A stretch of 60,834 bases of DNA from Thermoplasmata archaeon. GTDB taxonomy: Archaea; Thermoplasmatota; Thermoplasmata; Lutacidiplasmatales; UBA184. The stretch is taken from contig JASHQN010000098.1 of NCBI GenBank assembly GCA_030039135.1, positions 1 to 60,834 on the forward strand, read 5' to 3'. The notes below the pieces were generated by a model. That model searched no databases and had not been told where the DNA came from. It saw only the letters and a list, made by a program, of their open reading frames with translations. Positions 27,804 through 36,905 of the stretch are shown here, piece after piece; the first letter of the stretch is position 1, and the number at the start of each line of letters is the position of its first letter. A program made the position numbers and the translations under genes.

Positions 27804-28157
27804 TCAGTCCGTGGGCGTCGATCGCGCCCCCTTGCGTCGCGCCCGGGGCGATGGCGACGGAGGGAAGAACGCCTCCCACGTCCGCACGAGCGCCTCGCGC
27901 CGCTCCGCCCCGGCCTCGGAACGGCCCCGTCGTCCGATCAGGGGATCGTGGGTCTCTCGGACCTGTCGAAAGAACTCGGCCGGGTTCTCGCTCGCCTTCT
28001 CGAAGCCATAGAGGATGAGCTGCCGCAAAAAGCTCGATCGACCGCGCCAGCCGATCCGACGGCGGACGGCGGGATTGAGGTGACGCTTCGCGAGCCGCCA
28101 GACCTCGTTCGTCGTATGGTGGTCGCGGGCGGACAGGCCGATCATCACTTGCGGCAT
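27804..28157 (-). CDS. Basic hypothetical protein, possible ribbon-helix-helix DNA-binding protein
   Basis: MPQVMIGLS-helix-GRSSFLRQLILYGF; ATTAAAG about 30 nt upstream. Confidence 0.6.
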   Translation of the reverse strand: MPQVMIGLSARDHHTTNEVWRLAKRHLNPAVRRRIGWRGRSSFLRQLILYGFEKASENPAEFFRQVRETHDPLIGRRGRSEAGAERREALVRTWEAFFPPSPSPRARRKGARSTPTD

Positions 28158-28221
28158 CTCGATCCCGCGACGTACGAAGTCGGTCGCTTTAATCCGTCGC
28201 CTCGGCGAAGGCCCGCGCGGG

Positions 28222-29115
28222 TCACGGGAGCACGAACGCCGGTCCGTACGGGACGAAGACGGCCACGAGGACTCCCACGAGATAGATCGCGCCGAGCGCG
28301 AAATGGCGTTGGAAGGGCACGCGCGCTGCGGTCGGCGCCCGAAGGATCGCACGGTCGGTGAGGGCCGCGAGGACGGCCATCGCCGCGAGCGCCACCCAGT
28401 ACGCTACCGTGAGCCCGAGGGCGGCGCCGAAGAGGGCGAGGAGGACGAGCGCGATCCCGTGCAGCACGGGAACGAGCCGCGCCGAGCGCTCAGCGCCCAA
28501 CCGAACCGGCAGCGAGAACAGGCCGAGCTCTCGATCGCTCGCGAGATCCCCGAGGCTGTGGACAGTCTCGAACGCGGTGCCCCAGGCCAGAAGACCGCCC
28601 ACGGCGAGGAGCACGACCGGCGGGAGGGATCCCCGCACCGCGATGTACACCGCCGCGGGAGTGATCGCTTCGACCAGGCCAAGGAAGGCGGTCGTGAACG
28701 AGGTGACGCGCTTCGTGTAGCTGTAGCCGAGGACGAGCCCAAGCGCGACGGGCGCGAGCACGAAGGCGAGAGGGTTCAGGAAGTACGCCGCCGTCACGAA
28801 GATCGCCGCGTTGGCGACGGCGAACGTGACCGCGAACGCTCCCGACGATCGACCCGCGGCGAGCAGCCGGTCGCGCGTACGAGGGTTGCGCCGATCGAGC
28901 TCTCGATCGACCCAGCGGTTGAAGCTGTGGCCGGCGTTCCGCGCAGCCACGAACGCGATGACGACCAGAACGAGCGTGCGCAGGGACGGTACGCCGCTCG
29001 CGGCGAGGACGAGGAACGCGATCGCGAACGGCAGGTTGAGGCCGAGGTTCTGGATCTCGAGGAAACGGCCGAGCTCGGAGGCGGCCGGGCGGGTCGACGG
29101 CGTGACGTCGCTCAC
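28222..29115 (-). CDS. UbiA-family polyprenyltransferase (MqnP-like)
   Basis: FNRWVDRELDRRNPRT..R, YSYTKR, D...DRELGLFSLPVRLG, multiple TM helices. Confidence 0.9.
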   Translation of the reverse strand: MSDVTPSTRPAASELGRFLEIQNLGLNLPFAIAFLVLAASGVPSLRTLVLVVIAFVAARNAGHSFNRWVDRELDRRNPRTRDRLLAAGRSSGAFAVTFAVANAAIFVTAAYFLNPLAFVLAPVALGLVLGYSYTKRVTSFTTAFLGLVEAITPAAVYIAVRGSLPPVVLLAVGGLLAWGTAFETVHSLGDLASDRELGLFSLPVRLGAERSARLVPVLHGIALVLLALFGAALGLTVAYWVALAAMAVLAALTDRAILRAPTAARVPFQRHFALGAIYLVGVLVAVFVPYGPAFVLP

Positions 29116-30593
29116 CGCGCGGCCCGGCCGAAGAGCCGGGCGAGCGCCGGGTCGTCCCGGATCGTCTGCTCAGCCCGGCGCGCCGCCTCCGGGTCGGATC
29201 GGATCTCTTCCGGCCAGGGTCGGGGAAAGCCGTCCTCCGGTCGCTTCCGCGTGGCGTCGATCCCGACCTTTCCGCCCAGGTTCGGCACAGGGTTCGAGAT
29301 CGACAGTTGGTCGACCGGTCCCTCCACGAGCTCGAGGTCACGGGCAGGATCGGCTTGGAGGCCGACCCGATACAGGACCTCGGACAGATCGTGGACGTTC
29401 ACGTCCTCGTCGACGACGATCAGGTACCGGACGAACATCAGCTGGCCGAGGCCCCAGAGCGCGTGCATCACCTTGCGCGGCTGGTCCGGGTACGACTTGC
29501 GGATCGCGACGATCCCGACGTTGATGAAGAGCCCTGGGATCGGCAGCTCCATGTCGACGATCTCGGGGAGCACGAGCCGGACGACGGGGAGGAAGATCCG
29601 CTCGACGGCCTTGCCGAGGATCGCATCCTCGGTCGGCGGCTTCCCCGTCACCGTCGTGAGGTAGACGGGGCGCTCGCGATGCGTCACCCGCGTCACGTGG
29701 AAGACCGGGAACGGCTCGGGCGCGGAGTAGTACCCGGTGTGGTCACCGAACGGCCCCTCGATTCGTCGCTCCTGCGGGTCGACGTATCCCTCGAGGACGA
29801 TCTCGGCGTGGGCCGGAACCTCGAGCGGGATCGACCGGGCGGGGACCAGCTCGAGAGGCTCCTCCCGCAGGAAGCTTGCGAAGACGAAGTTCGAGATTCC
29901 CTCCGGCACCGGAGCAAGGCCGCTGAAGACCGTGACCGGGTCGGCGCCGATGACCGCGGCGACCGGCATCCGCTCTCCGCGGGACGCCCACTTCCGGTAG
30001 TTGTTCGCCCCGACCCGATGGATCTGGAAGTGCATCCCGAGCGTGTCGGGTCCATACTGCTGCAGGCGGTAGATGCCGGTATGCGCTTCGCCGGTGTCGG
30101 GGTCCGACGTGATCACGACCGGGAAGGTGATCGTCCGGCCCCCGTCCTTCGGCCAGCATTTCAGGATCGGCAGGCGGTCGAGGTCGACCGTTGGCTCCTC
30201 GACCTCCTGGCACGGGCCCGAGCGGACCCGTTTCGGGGCGAGCGACCGCAACGTGGACAGCGTCTCGATTGTCCCCGAGAGGTCCCGGATCGCGCCGAGC
30301 ACCCCCGCGGGGGGTCGAAGGTGGACGAGCCGGCCGATCCGCTCCGCGACCGCGTCCAGGCTCGACGCGTCCAGCGCTTTCGCGACCCGTCGCGGCGAGC
30401 CGAGGAGGTTCGTCACGACCGGCATGGAGGCCCCGCGGACCGAGTCGAACCGGAGCGCGGGTCCGTCCGCGCGGAGCACCCGCTGCGTGATCTCGGTAAT
30501 CTCGAGATCGGGATCGACCGGTCGAGCGACCCGCACGAGGTCGCCGTCGGACTCGAGGCGGTCCAGAAACTCCCCGAGGTCCCGGAACGTCAC
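29112..30593 (-). CDS. UbiD-family decarboxylase (menaquinone biosynthesis type)
   Basis: LEITEI, WPKDGG, EGPFGDHTGYY, GKPPTED, GIDATRK; GTG 30593 with TTAAATAA upstream. Confidence 0.92.
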   Translation of the reverse strand: MTFRDLGEFLDRLESDGDLVRVARPVDPDLEITEITQRVLRADGPALRFDSVRGASMPVVTNLLGSPRRVAKALDASSLDAVAERIGRLVHLRPPAGVLGAIRDLSGTIETLSTLRSLAPKRVRSGPCQEVEEPTVDLDRLPILKCWPKDGGRTITFPVVITSDPDTGEAHTGIYRLQQYGPDTLGMHFQIHRVGANNYRKWASRGERMPVAAVIGADPVTVFSGLAPVPEGISNFVFASFLREEPLELVPARSIPLEVPAHAEIVLEGYVDPQERRIEGPFGDHTGYYSAPEPFPVFHVTRVTHRERPVYLTTVTGKPPTEDAILGKAVERIFLPVVRLVLPEIVDMELPIPGLFINVGIVAIRKSYPDQPRKVMHALWGLGQLMFVRYLIVVDEDVNVHDLSEVLYRVGLQADPARDLELVEGPVDQLSISNPVPNLGGKVGIDATRKRPEDGFPRPWPEEIRSDPEAARRAEQTIRDDPALARLFGRAAR

Positions 30594-30679
30594 GGCGGCG
30601 GCCGAGTCTCCCGCCTTATTTAACGGACGGAGACACCGGGCAGTGGGTTCATATCGGAACCCCACCTCGAGGAGGCTGG

Positions 30680-31414
30680 ATGCAGTCGCTCACGCTCGAG
30701 TTCCGGACCGACGACCTGGTCCTCCTGGGAATCATTCCCCACGGGTTGTTCGAGAAGTACGAAGAGGTCGAGTTGCTGGAAACCCTGCGCCTCGAGCAGG
30801 GGTGGCGGCTCCAGCTCCTGCGCGTCCGGCGGCGCGGTCCGCTGCGCACCGCGAGCGAGCTCGAGCGAGAGTCGCGGCGGATCCGCGCGCACTACGGTCT
30901 CGAAAGCTTCGAGCTGATCGAACGCCGACCCCGCACCCGGGACTACATTCTCCTCGTCCGGCAGCGCAACCCCGAGCGATTGCGCCGCCTCCTGTCGCTC
31001 GCCGGCGGAGAGATCGCCCCGACCGCCCCCTTCCGACTGAGTGCCGAGAAGGTCGTGGCGACGTTCCGGGGCGAGGAGCGCGCGCTGAGACGCGTGCTGC
31101 GTCGGCTGGACCAGGAGCAGTTCCCCTACCGCATCCTGCGGGCGTCCGGCCGCCCGTTCGCAGCGGACCGGGGCTCCGCGAGCCTGACGACGCTGCAGTC
31201 CCAATTGCTCGCCCGCGCCTGGGTGCTCGGGTACTACGCCGTGCCGCGTCGGATCACGCTGACACGTCTCGCCCGCCTCACCGGCCGCAGTCCTCCTGGC
31301 CTCGGCAAGGTCCTCCGACGGGCGGAGGGTCGCCTCGTCGCGCAGTGGCTCGCGGCGGAGGCCGCCGGGACCGATGGGGCCGAGGGGTGGGGGCCCGCGG
31401 GCCGAGAATCGTAA
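30680..31414 (+). CDS. Bat-like (HTH_10) transcriptional regulator
   Basis: LT..Q..LL..A..LGYYAVPRRITL..LA......LRRAE C-terminal signature. Confidence 0.85.
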   Translation: MQSLTLEFRTDDLVLLGIIPHGLFEKYEEVELLETLRLEQGWRLQLLRVRRRGPLRTASELERESRRIRAHYGLESFELIERRPRTRDYILLVRQRNPERLRRLLSLAGGEIAPTAPFRLSAEKVVATFRGEERALRRVLRRLDQEQFPYRILRASGRPFAADRGSASLTTLQSQLLARAWVLGYYAVPRRITLTRLARLTGRSPPGLGKVLRRAEGRLVAQWLAAEAAGTDGAEGWGPAGRES

Positions 31415-31438
31415 TGAGCGGGACGGACTCCCGCGGTC

Positions 31439-31882
31439 GTGAGCCGGCCGGCGCGCGCGGTCGTGGTCGAGCGCGTACGGGACGCCCCGTCGGTCCCGAC
31501 CTTGGCCCGCGCGACCCGGGGCTCGGCTTGCTTCGACCTCGCCGCGGCCGAAACGGTGGATCTCGTACGGGACCGCATCACGCTCGTCCGGACCGGTCTC
31601 CGGATCCGGTGTCCACCGGGCACCTTCCTTGAGGTGCGTCCGAGGAGCGGTCTCGGCGCCCGCGGGGTCCTCATGGTCAATGCCCCCGGCACGATCGACC
31701 GTGACTACTCCGGCGAGGTGAAGGTACCGCTAACGTACCTCTTCGATGGGAGCTACCGCATCGCGATCGGCGACCGGATCGGCCAGGTGCGGCTCGTGAT
31801 CGACGTCCCGGTGCGATTCCGCCGGGGTTCCGTGCGTCCGACGACGAGCCGCCGCGGAGGCTTCGGGAGCACCGGCCGCTAG
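31439..31882 (+). CDS. dut: dUTP diphosphatase
   Basis: SACFDL, RPRSGL, GTIDRDYSGE, GDRIGQ, RGGFGSTG. Confidence 0.93.
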   Translation: MSRPARAVVVERVRDAPSVPTLARATRGSACFDLAAAETVDLVRDRITLVRTGLRIRCPPGTFLEVRPRSGLGARGVLMVNAPGTIDRDYSGEVKVPLTYLFDGSYRIAIGDRIGQVRLVIDVPVRFRRGSVRPTTSRRGGFGSTGR

Positions 31883-33480
31883 GCGGGGCCGTAGAGCGTC
31901 TTCTGCACGGTACGGGGTTTCGGCAGCGGAACGCCCTGCCCCCCTTCGGCCTCCGATTGGACCTTCTCGAGCATGTCGTGCATCCGCCGTTCGCGGGAGG
32001 AGGCCGCACGATGGAGCCCGACGTCCCGGGTCCCCTCAGCGACGAGGACGACCACCCGGCCGGTCCGCACTCGCCCGGTCCGGCCACGCCGCTGGATCGT
32101 CCGGATCACATCCGGGATCGGCTCGTAGAACACCACGAGATCGGTCTCGGGGATGTCGAGCCCTTCCTCGGCGACCGACGTCGCGACGAGGCAGTTGACG
32201 CGGCCCTCACGGAAGGCGTCGAGAAGCGCGACCTGCTCCCGCTGAGAGAGCCCCGTGTCGTCGCCGTGCGTCGCCTGCCCCACGAACCGGGCGGGCCGGA
32301 CCGCGGGGTCGTGGCGGTTGGAGAGTTCGGTGACCAGCCGATCGACGGTGTCGCGGTACTGCCCGAAGACGATCACACGCGCGTTCGGCGAACGGTGCAG
32401 TTCCTCCGCTACGAGCCCGACGGCGGTCGCGATCTTCGGGTGCTCGAGGGTGACCGTCTCGAGGCGTCGGGTGACCTCGACCACGTCCGGGTCCGAGAGG
32501 AACTGGCGCAGCGCGGGGGTCGCCCGTCGTGCGGCCGCCGCGCGTTGCCGGCCGAGATACTCGCGCAGGGAATCGACCCCCTGGCTCTCGATCAGCTCGA
32601 GCGCATGGAAGATCTTCATCGCTACCGCCTGGGCGGTGACGGCTCTCCAGAGCTCGGGGGCGGAGGCCCCACTCGATCGCGTGTCGTCGATCGCGCGGTG
32701 CAGCCGGTGACCGACCTCCACGAGAGTACGGCGTCCCACGTCTCCGGCCGGGACCACTCCGAGCTGCCGCAGCGCCTCGACCGGTCGCTGCGCCGCGGCC
32801 CGCAGGCGGATCGCGAGGTCGCGCACCGGGGGTGGCACCGGCACCTCGAGCGTCTCCACGCCGATCCCATGGACGTAGGGGAGGACGTCGGCGGATCGAT
32901 CCGTCCGGTACTCGAACCGCTCGATCCCGAGATGGTTCCAGACCTCCCGGATGCGAGCGAGCGATCCTCCGGGCGACGCGGTCATCGCGAGGACCCGCGC
33001 GCGGGGCCCCTCTCGGTTCGCCCGCCCGATCGTGACGTAGGGATAATCGCCGACGGCACGGTGGGCCTCGTCGAAGATGATGAGGGAGAACGTGTCGAGC
33101 GGGAAGGCACCCGACGCAAGATCGTTGGCCACGACCTGAGGGGTCGCGACCACGACTTGGGGAGGATGCATGAGCTCGGCCCGACGCTCCGGAGCGATGG
33201 CTCCCGTGAGCACGAGCGGCTCGGGAGCGAACAGCGATGCCGCGACGCTGCGAGCGTGCTGGACGACGAGCGGTCGGGTCGGGGCGAGGAAGAGCATCGA
33301 GCGGGTGGGGGTGCGCAGGAGGTACTCCGCGAGCACGCGCAGAGCGATCGCCGTCTTGCCGAGACCCGTGGGGAGGACGACGAGCGTGTTGAACCGTACC
33401 GCCGTTTCGGCGATCCGCTCCTGGTAGAGCCGATCCTCGAGGACCCCCGGCCGGACCCTCGGATGCTCGACGGTCCCCAT
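31879..33480 (-). CDS. Hef/FANCM-like SF2 helicase without nuclease domain
   Basis: RLYQ, LPTGLGKT, DEAH, TASPG, ATSVAEEGLDIP, QRRGRTGR. Confidence 0.9.
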   Translation of the reverse strand: MGTVEHPRVRPGVLEDRLYQERIAETAVRFNTLVVLPTGLGKTAIALRVLAEYLLRTPTRSMLFLAPTRPLVVQHARSVAASLFAPEPLVLTGAIAPERRAELMHPPQVVVATPQVVANDLASGAFPLDTFSLIIFDEAHRAVGDYPYVTIGRANREGPRARVLAMTASPGGSLARIREVWNHLGIERFEYRTDRSADVLPYVHGIGVETLEVPVPPPVRDLAIRLRAAAQRPVEALRQLGVVPAGDVGRRTLVEVGHRLHRAIDDTRSSGASAPELWRAVTAQAVAMKIFHALELIESQGVDSLREYLGRQRAAAARRATPALRQFLSDPDVVEVTRRLETVTLEHPKIATAVGLVAEELHRSPNARVIVFGQYRDTVDRLVTELSNRHDPAVRPARFVGQATHGDDTGLSQREQVALLDAFREGRVNCLVATSVAEEGLDIPETDLVVFYEPIPDVIRTIQRRGRTGRVRTGRVVVLVAEGTRDVGLHRAASSRERRMHDMLEKVQSEAEGGQGVPLPKPRTVQKTLYGPA

Positions 33481-33513
33481 CGGCCGCTCTCCGCGGTCGG
33501 GAGCGGATGCGGC

Positions 33514-33520
33514 TTAATTA
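33514..33520. promoter_or_regulatory. Probable bidirectional TATA element
   Basis: TTAATTA in a 61-nt gap between divergent ATGs at 33480 and 33542. Confidence 0.55.
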
Positions 33521-33541
33521 GCGGCAGGCTACGCGCCGCCG

Positions 33542-34678
33542 ATGCTCGCCCTCGGGATCGAGCTCCTGCTCCTCGCCGCGGCCGCCGTCGTTCTCGTGTA
33601 CCAGGGGGTCGCGATCGTCTTCGCCTTCCAGCTCGACCGACTCGGTCCGCCCTCGTCGGCGAGCCCCGCCGCGGGGACCGTGAGCGTGGTGATCGCGGCG
33701 CGCAACGAGGAAGCGGACCTCGGCGCGACGCTGGACGCCCTCCTGGCGCAGGACTATCCGGGCCTCGAGATCGTCGTCGTGGACGGAGGGTCGACCGACG
33801 GGACCCGGCAGGTCATCGCCGCTCGCGGGCCCCGGGTGCGTAGGGTCGATGAGGGACCGCTTCCGCCCGGCTGGGTCGGGAAGAATTGGGGGTGCTGGAC
33901 CGGGGCCGGCGCGACCCACGGGGAATGGATCCTCTTCCTCGACGCCGACGTCCGTCTGGTGCCCGGCGCGGTGCGCACGATCCTCGGGTGGGCCGAAGCG
34001 GAGCGGGCCGACCTCACGTCGATCGGCCCCCGCGTGGAGATGGTCGGGTTCTGGGAGAGGGTCGTGCTCCCGATGTACGTCCAGCTCGTGCTCACCTACT
34101 TTCGCACGCCCCGGATGCGCCGACCGGGCTCGCACGCGGCAATGGCGAACGGCCAGTGCTGGCTCACTCGGCGCGCGACGTACCTCGCCACCGGAGGACA
34201 CGCGGCGGTGCGAAGCCGCGTGCTCGAGGACGTCGCGATCGCGCGCCGGTACCGGGACGCTGGGCTCCGACTGCGGTTCGCGTGGGCTCCCGAGCTCGGC
34301 GTGACCCGGATGTACGCCGATCGCCACGAGATGTTCGAAGGGATCCTGAAGAATGTACACGGGCTCGAGTTTTCCGCCGCCCGGCAGTGTGGGTTCCTCG
34401 CGGGGCTGGTCGGGTTCTTCCTCCTGCCCCTCGGGCTCCTTCCTCTCGGGATCGCGGTCGGTGATCCGCTGCTGACCGCGGTGGGGGTCCTCCTGTACGT
34501 GGCCCTGTTCGGGAAGCACTTGTTCTTCGCCCGGGGCGTCGGCGCGCCAGCGGCGTACGGCCTACTGTTCCCGCTGGCGGTGGGCTGGTACCTCGCGGTC
34601 GTAACGACCTCTCTCGTTCACGGTATCCGGCGCCAGCCGATCGCCTGGAAGGGCCGGGCCTATCCGCTCGACGGCTAG
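33542..34678 (+). CDS. Membrane GT2 glycosyltransferase (CrtQ/HpnB-like)
   Basis: VSVVIAARNEE, VDGGSTDGT, PPGWVGK, FLDADV, ANGQC, EDVAIAR, RMY. Confidence 0.9.
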   Translation: MLALGIELLLLAAAAVVLVYQGVAIVFAFQLDRLGPPSSASPAAGTVSVVIAARNEEADLGATLDALLAQDYPGLEIVVVDGGSTDGTRQVIAARGPRVRRVDEGPLPPGWVGKNWGCWTGAGATHGEWILFLDADVRLVPGAVRTILGWAEAERADLTSIGPRVEMVGFWERVVLPMYVQLVLTYFRTPRMRRPGSHAAMANGQCWLTRRATYLATGGHAAVRSRVLEDVAIARRYRDAGLRLRFAWAPELGVTRMYADRHEMFEGILKNVHGLEFSAARQCGFLAGLVGFFLLPLGLLPLGIAVGDPLLTAVGVLLYVALFGKHLFFARGVGAPAAYGLLFPLAVGWYLAVVTTSLVHGIRRQPIAWKGRAYPLDG

Positions 34679-34727
34679 GCCGCTCCCGAACCGCTAAGTG
34701 GTCGGCCGTTCTCGAAGCGCGGCGCGC

Positions 34728-36203
34728 ATGGCGAGCGAGGCGGAGACCGCCTACGAACTGTTCATCGGTGGACGGGAGGCGCCGTCGGCGAGCGGCGAAC
34801 GACGGACGCTCACCGATCCGGCCACGGGCGAACCGGTGGCAACCGTGTCGTTCGGTTCCCGGGACGATGCACGGGCGGCCCTCGAAGCGGCTGATCGGGC
34901 GTTCCGGGAGTCGAACTGGGCCTCGGACGATGGGGCGCGTCGCGCGCGAGCCCTTGCGAAACTCGCGGCCCTGCTCGAGGCGCGGGCCGAGGTCTTCGCT
35001 CGACTCGAAACGCGGAACGTGGGGAAACCCCTGCGCGAGGCGCGTGGCGACATCGCCTACGTCGTCCGCACCCTCGAGTACTTCAGCGGGCTCGCGGACA
35101 AGGTCGAGGGGGAGACGATCCCGGTCCCCGGGCCCCGGTTCGACTACACCGTCCGGGAGCCGCTCGGCGTCACGGTCCACATCGCACCGTGGAACTACCC
35201 GCTTCTCCTCGCCGTGCGGTCGGTGGCCCCGGCCCTCGCCGCGGGGAACTCCGTGGTGCTGAAGCCGGCGAGCCTGACGCCCTTGACCGCGGTCGCGTTC
35301 GCCCGTCTGGCCCGGGAGGCGGGCATCCCGGACGGGATTCTCAACGTTGTACCGGGGAGCGGACGCGACGTCGGGGAGGCGCTCGTCGACGACCCCCGGT
35401 GCCGGTCGGTGACCTTCACCGGGAGCGGCGAGGTCGGCCCGCGGATCGCCGAGCTCGCAGCGCGACGCCTCGTGCCGGTGACGCTCGAGCTGGGTGGCAA
35501 GGGCCCGGTCCTCGTCTTCCCCGACGCGGATCTCGAACGGGCGGCGAAAGCGATCGGCTATGGGATCTTCGGCAACGCCGGCCAGATGTGCTGGGCCGCG
35601 TCCCGGCTGCTGGTTCACGAGAGCATCCGCCCGGCACTCCTCGATCGGATCCGGCGAATCGCGGAGGGGCTCAAGGTCGGCCCCGGCCTCGAGGACGGGG
35701 TCGAGATGGGCCCGCTCGTGTCGCAGGAGCAGGCGGATCGGGTCCTCGACTACGTTGAGATCGCTCGCTCGGACGGCGGTACTGTGGTCACGGGCGGTGG
35801 CCGGCCGCCCGATGCCCGGCTCTCGGCCGGCCACTTTGTCCAACCGACGGTGCTCGCGGACGTACCCCCCGGGTCGCGGGCGGTCCGGGAGGAGATCTTC
35901 GGTCCGGTGCTCGCGGTCGCGTCGTTCGCTGAGCCCGACGAGGCGATCGCCGCGGCGAACGCGACGACGTACGGGCTCCTCGCCGCGCTGTGGACCCGTG
36001 ACCTCGCGACCGCGCACTCGGTCGCCCGCCGCCTCGAAGCGGGCATGGTCGTGGTCAACGAGGCGCCGACCACGTTCCCCCAGTCACCGTTCGCCGGCGT
36101 GAAGGGGAGCGGCCTCGGCTTCGAACAGGGCGCCCGCGCGCTCGAACCGTACGCTCGCCGTAAGAACGTGCTCGTCCACCTCGGGTCCCCGAAGCGTTCG
36201 TGA
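34728..36203 (+). CDS. Aldehyde dehydrogenase
   Basis: PWNYP, FTGS, LELGGK, NAGQMC, EEIFGPV. Confidence 0.95.
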   Translation: MASEAETAYELFIGGREAPSASGERRTLTDPATGEPVATVSFGSRDDARAALEAADRAFRESNWASDDGARRARALAKLAALLEARAEVFARLETRNVGKPLREARGDIAYVVRTLEYFSGLADKVEGETIPVPGPRFDYTVREPLGVTVHIAPWNYPLLLAVRSVAPALAAGNSVVLKPASLTPLTAVAFARLAREAGIPDGILNVVPGSGRDVGEALVDDPRCRSVTFTGSGEVGPRIAELAARRLVPVTLELGGKGPVLVFPDADLERAAKAIGYGIFGNAGQMCWAASRLLVHESIRPALLDRIRRIAEGLKVGPGLEDGVEMGPLVSQEQADRVLDYVEIARSDGGTVVTGGGRPPDARLSAGHFVQPTVLADVPPGSRAVREEIFGPVLAVASFAEPDEAIAAANATTYGLLAALWTRDLATAHSVARRLEAGMVVVNEAPTTFPQSPFAGVKGSGLGFEQGARALEPYARRKNVLVHLGSPKRS

Positions 36204-36278
36204 ACGGGGGCCGGCCCGGGTGGGGGACCGGGTTCGTACGAAAGCCGAAAAGAACCCTCCCTTGTCGGGCGGCCGAAC

Positions 36279-36905
36279 GTGACGGAGACGGCGCCGTCCG
36301 CGGCCACGTGGGGAGCGTGCTCCTTCTGCGGAGTGGCCGTGCCCGCGGGAGCCCGAAGTTGCCCGATCTGCGGGACCGCGAACCCGATCCCCGCCGGCGG
36401 CATCGCGACGGCCTCCCGCACGGTCCGCCGACGGCTCCGGCTCACCGGCTTCCTACGGACCGTGATCGTCGTCACCGTGATCGCCGGCCTCGCCTACGCC
36501 CTGATCTCGACCGCGTTCTCGGGTCCACCGAACGTTCCGGATCCCTTGACGACGGCCGGCGCCTACTCGATCGGCCCCGCGAACTACACGGTGATCTCGG
36601 GAGCGATCACTGGAGGCGACTACGTGGTCGGAAACTGGACCTCCGTGAGCCCCCCCGGCGTCGACATCGGCGTGGTGGTCTACAACTCGAGCAACTGGGG
36701 CTGGTTCACGAACGGCTCGGGCACTCCGGGCAGGCAGTGGAACAACACGCCGAGCTACACCGGCGAGATCGTCTTCTCTGCGCTCTACACCGACAACTTC
36801 TACTTCGTGTTCACGAACACGATGGCGCCCTCGACCCACCTCGCCGTCACGGTCTACATCCACACGGAGTACTACTCGAACTCCGCGGACGACGGGTTCG
36901 ACTAG
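36279..36905 (+). CDS. Membrane-anchored protein with N-terminal zinc ribbon and extracellular beta domain
   Basis: CSFCG...CPICG, one TM helix, N/S/T/Y-rich domain ending FYFVFTN. Confidence 0.72.
   Translation: MTETAPSAATWGACSFCGVAVPAGARSCPICGTANPIPAGGIATASRTVRRRLRLTGFLRTVIVVTVIAGLAYALISTAFSGPPNVPDPLTTAGAYSIGPANYTVISGAITGGDYVVGNWTSVSPPGVDIGVVVYNSSNWGWFTNGSGTPGRQWNNTPSYTGEIVFSALYTDNFYFVFTNTMAPSTHLAVTVYIHTEYYSNSADDGFD

Noticed and set aside
31414..31632. ATG overlapping the regulator stop as a frameshifted dut start
   Set aside because: All dUTPase motifs lie in the frame starting at GTG 31439, so no frameshift is needed
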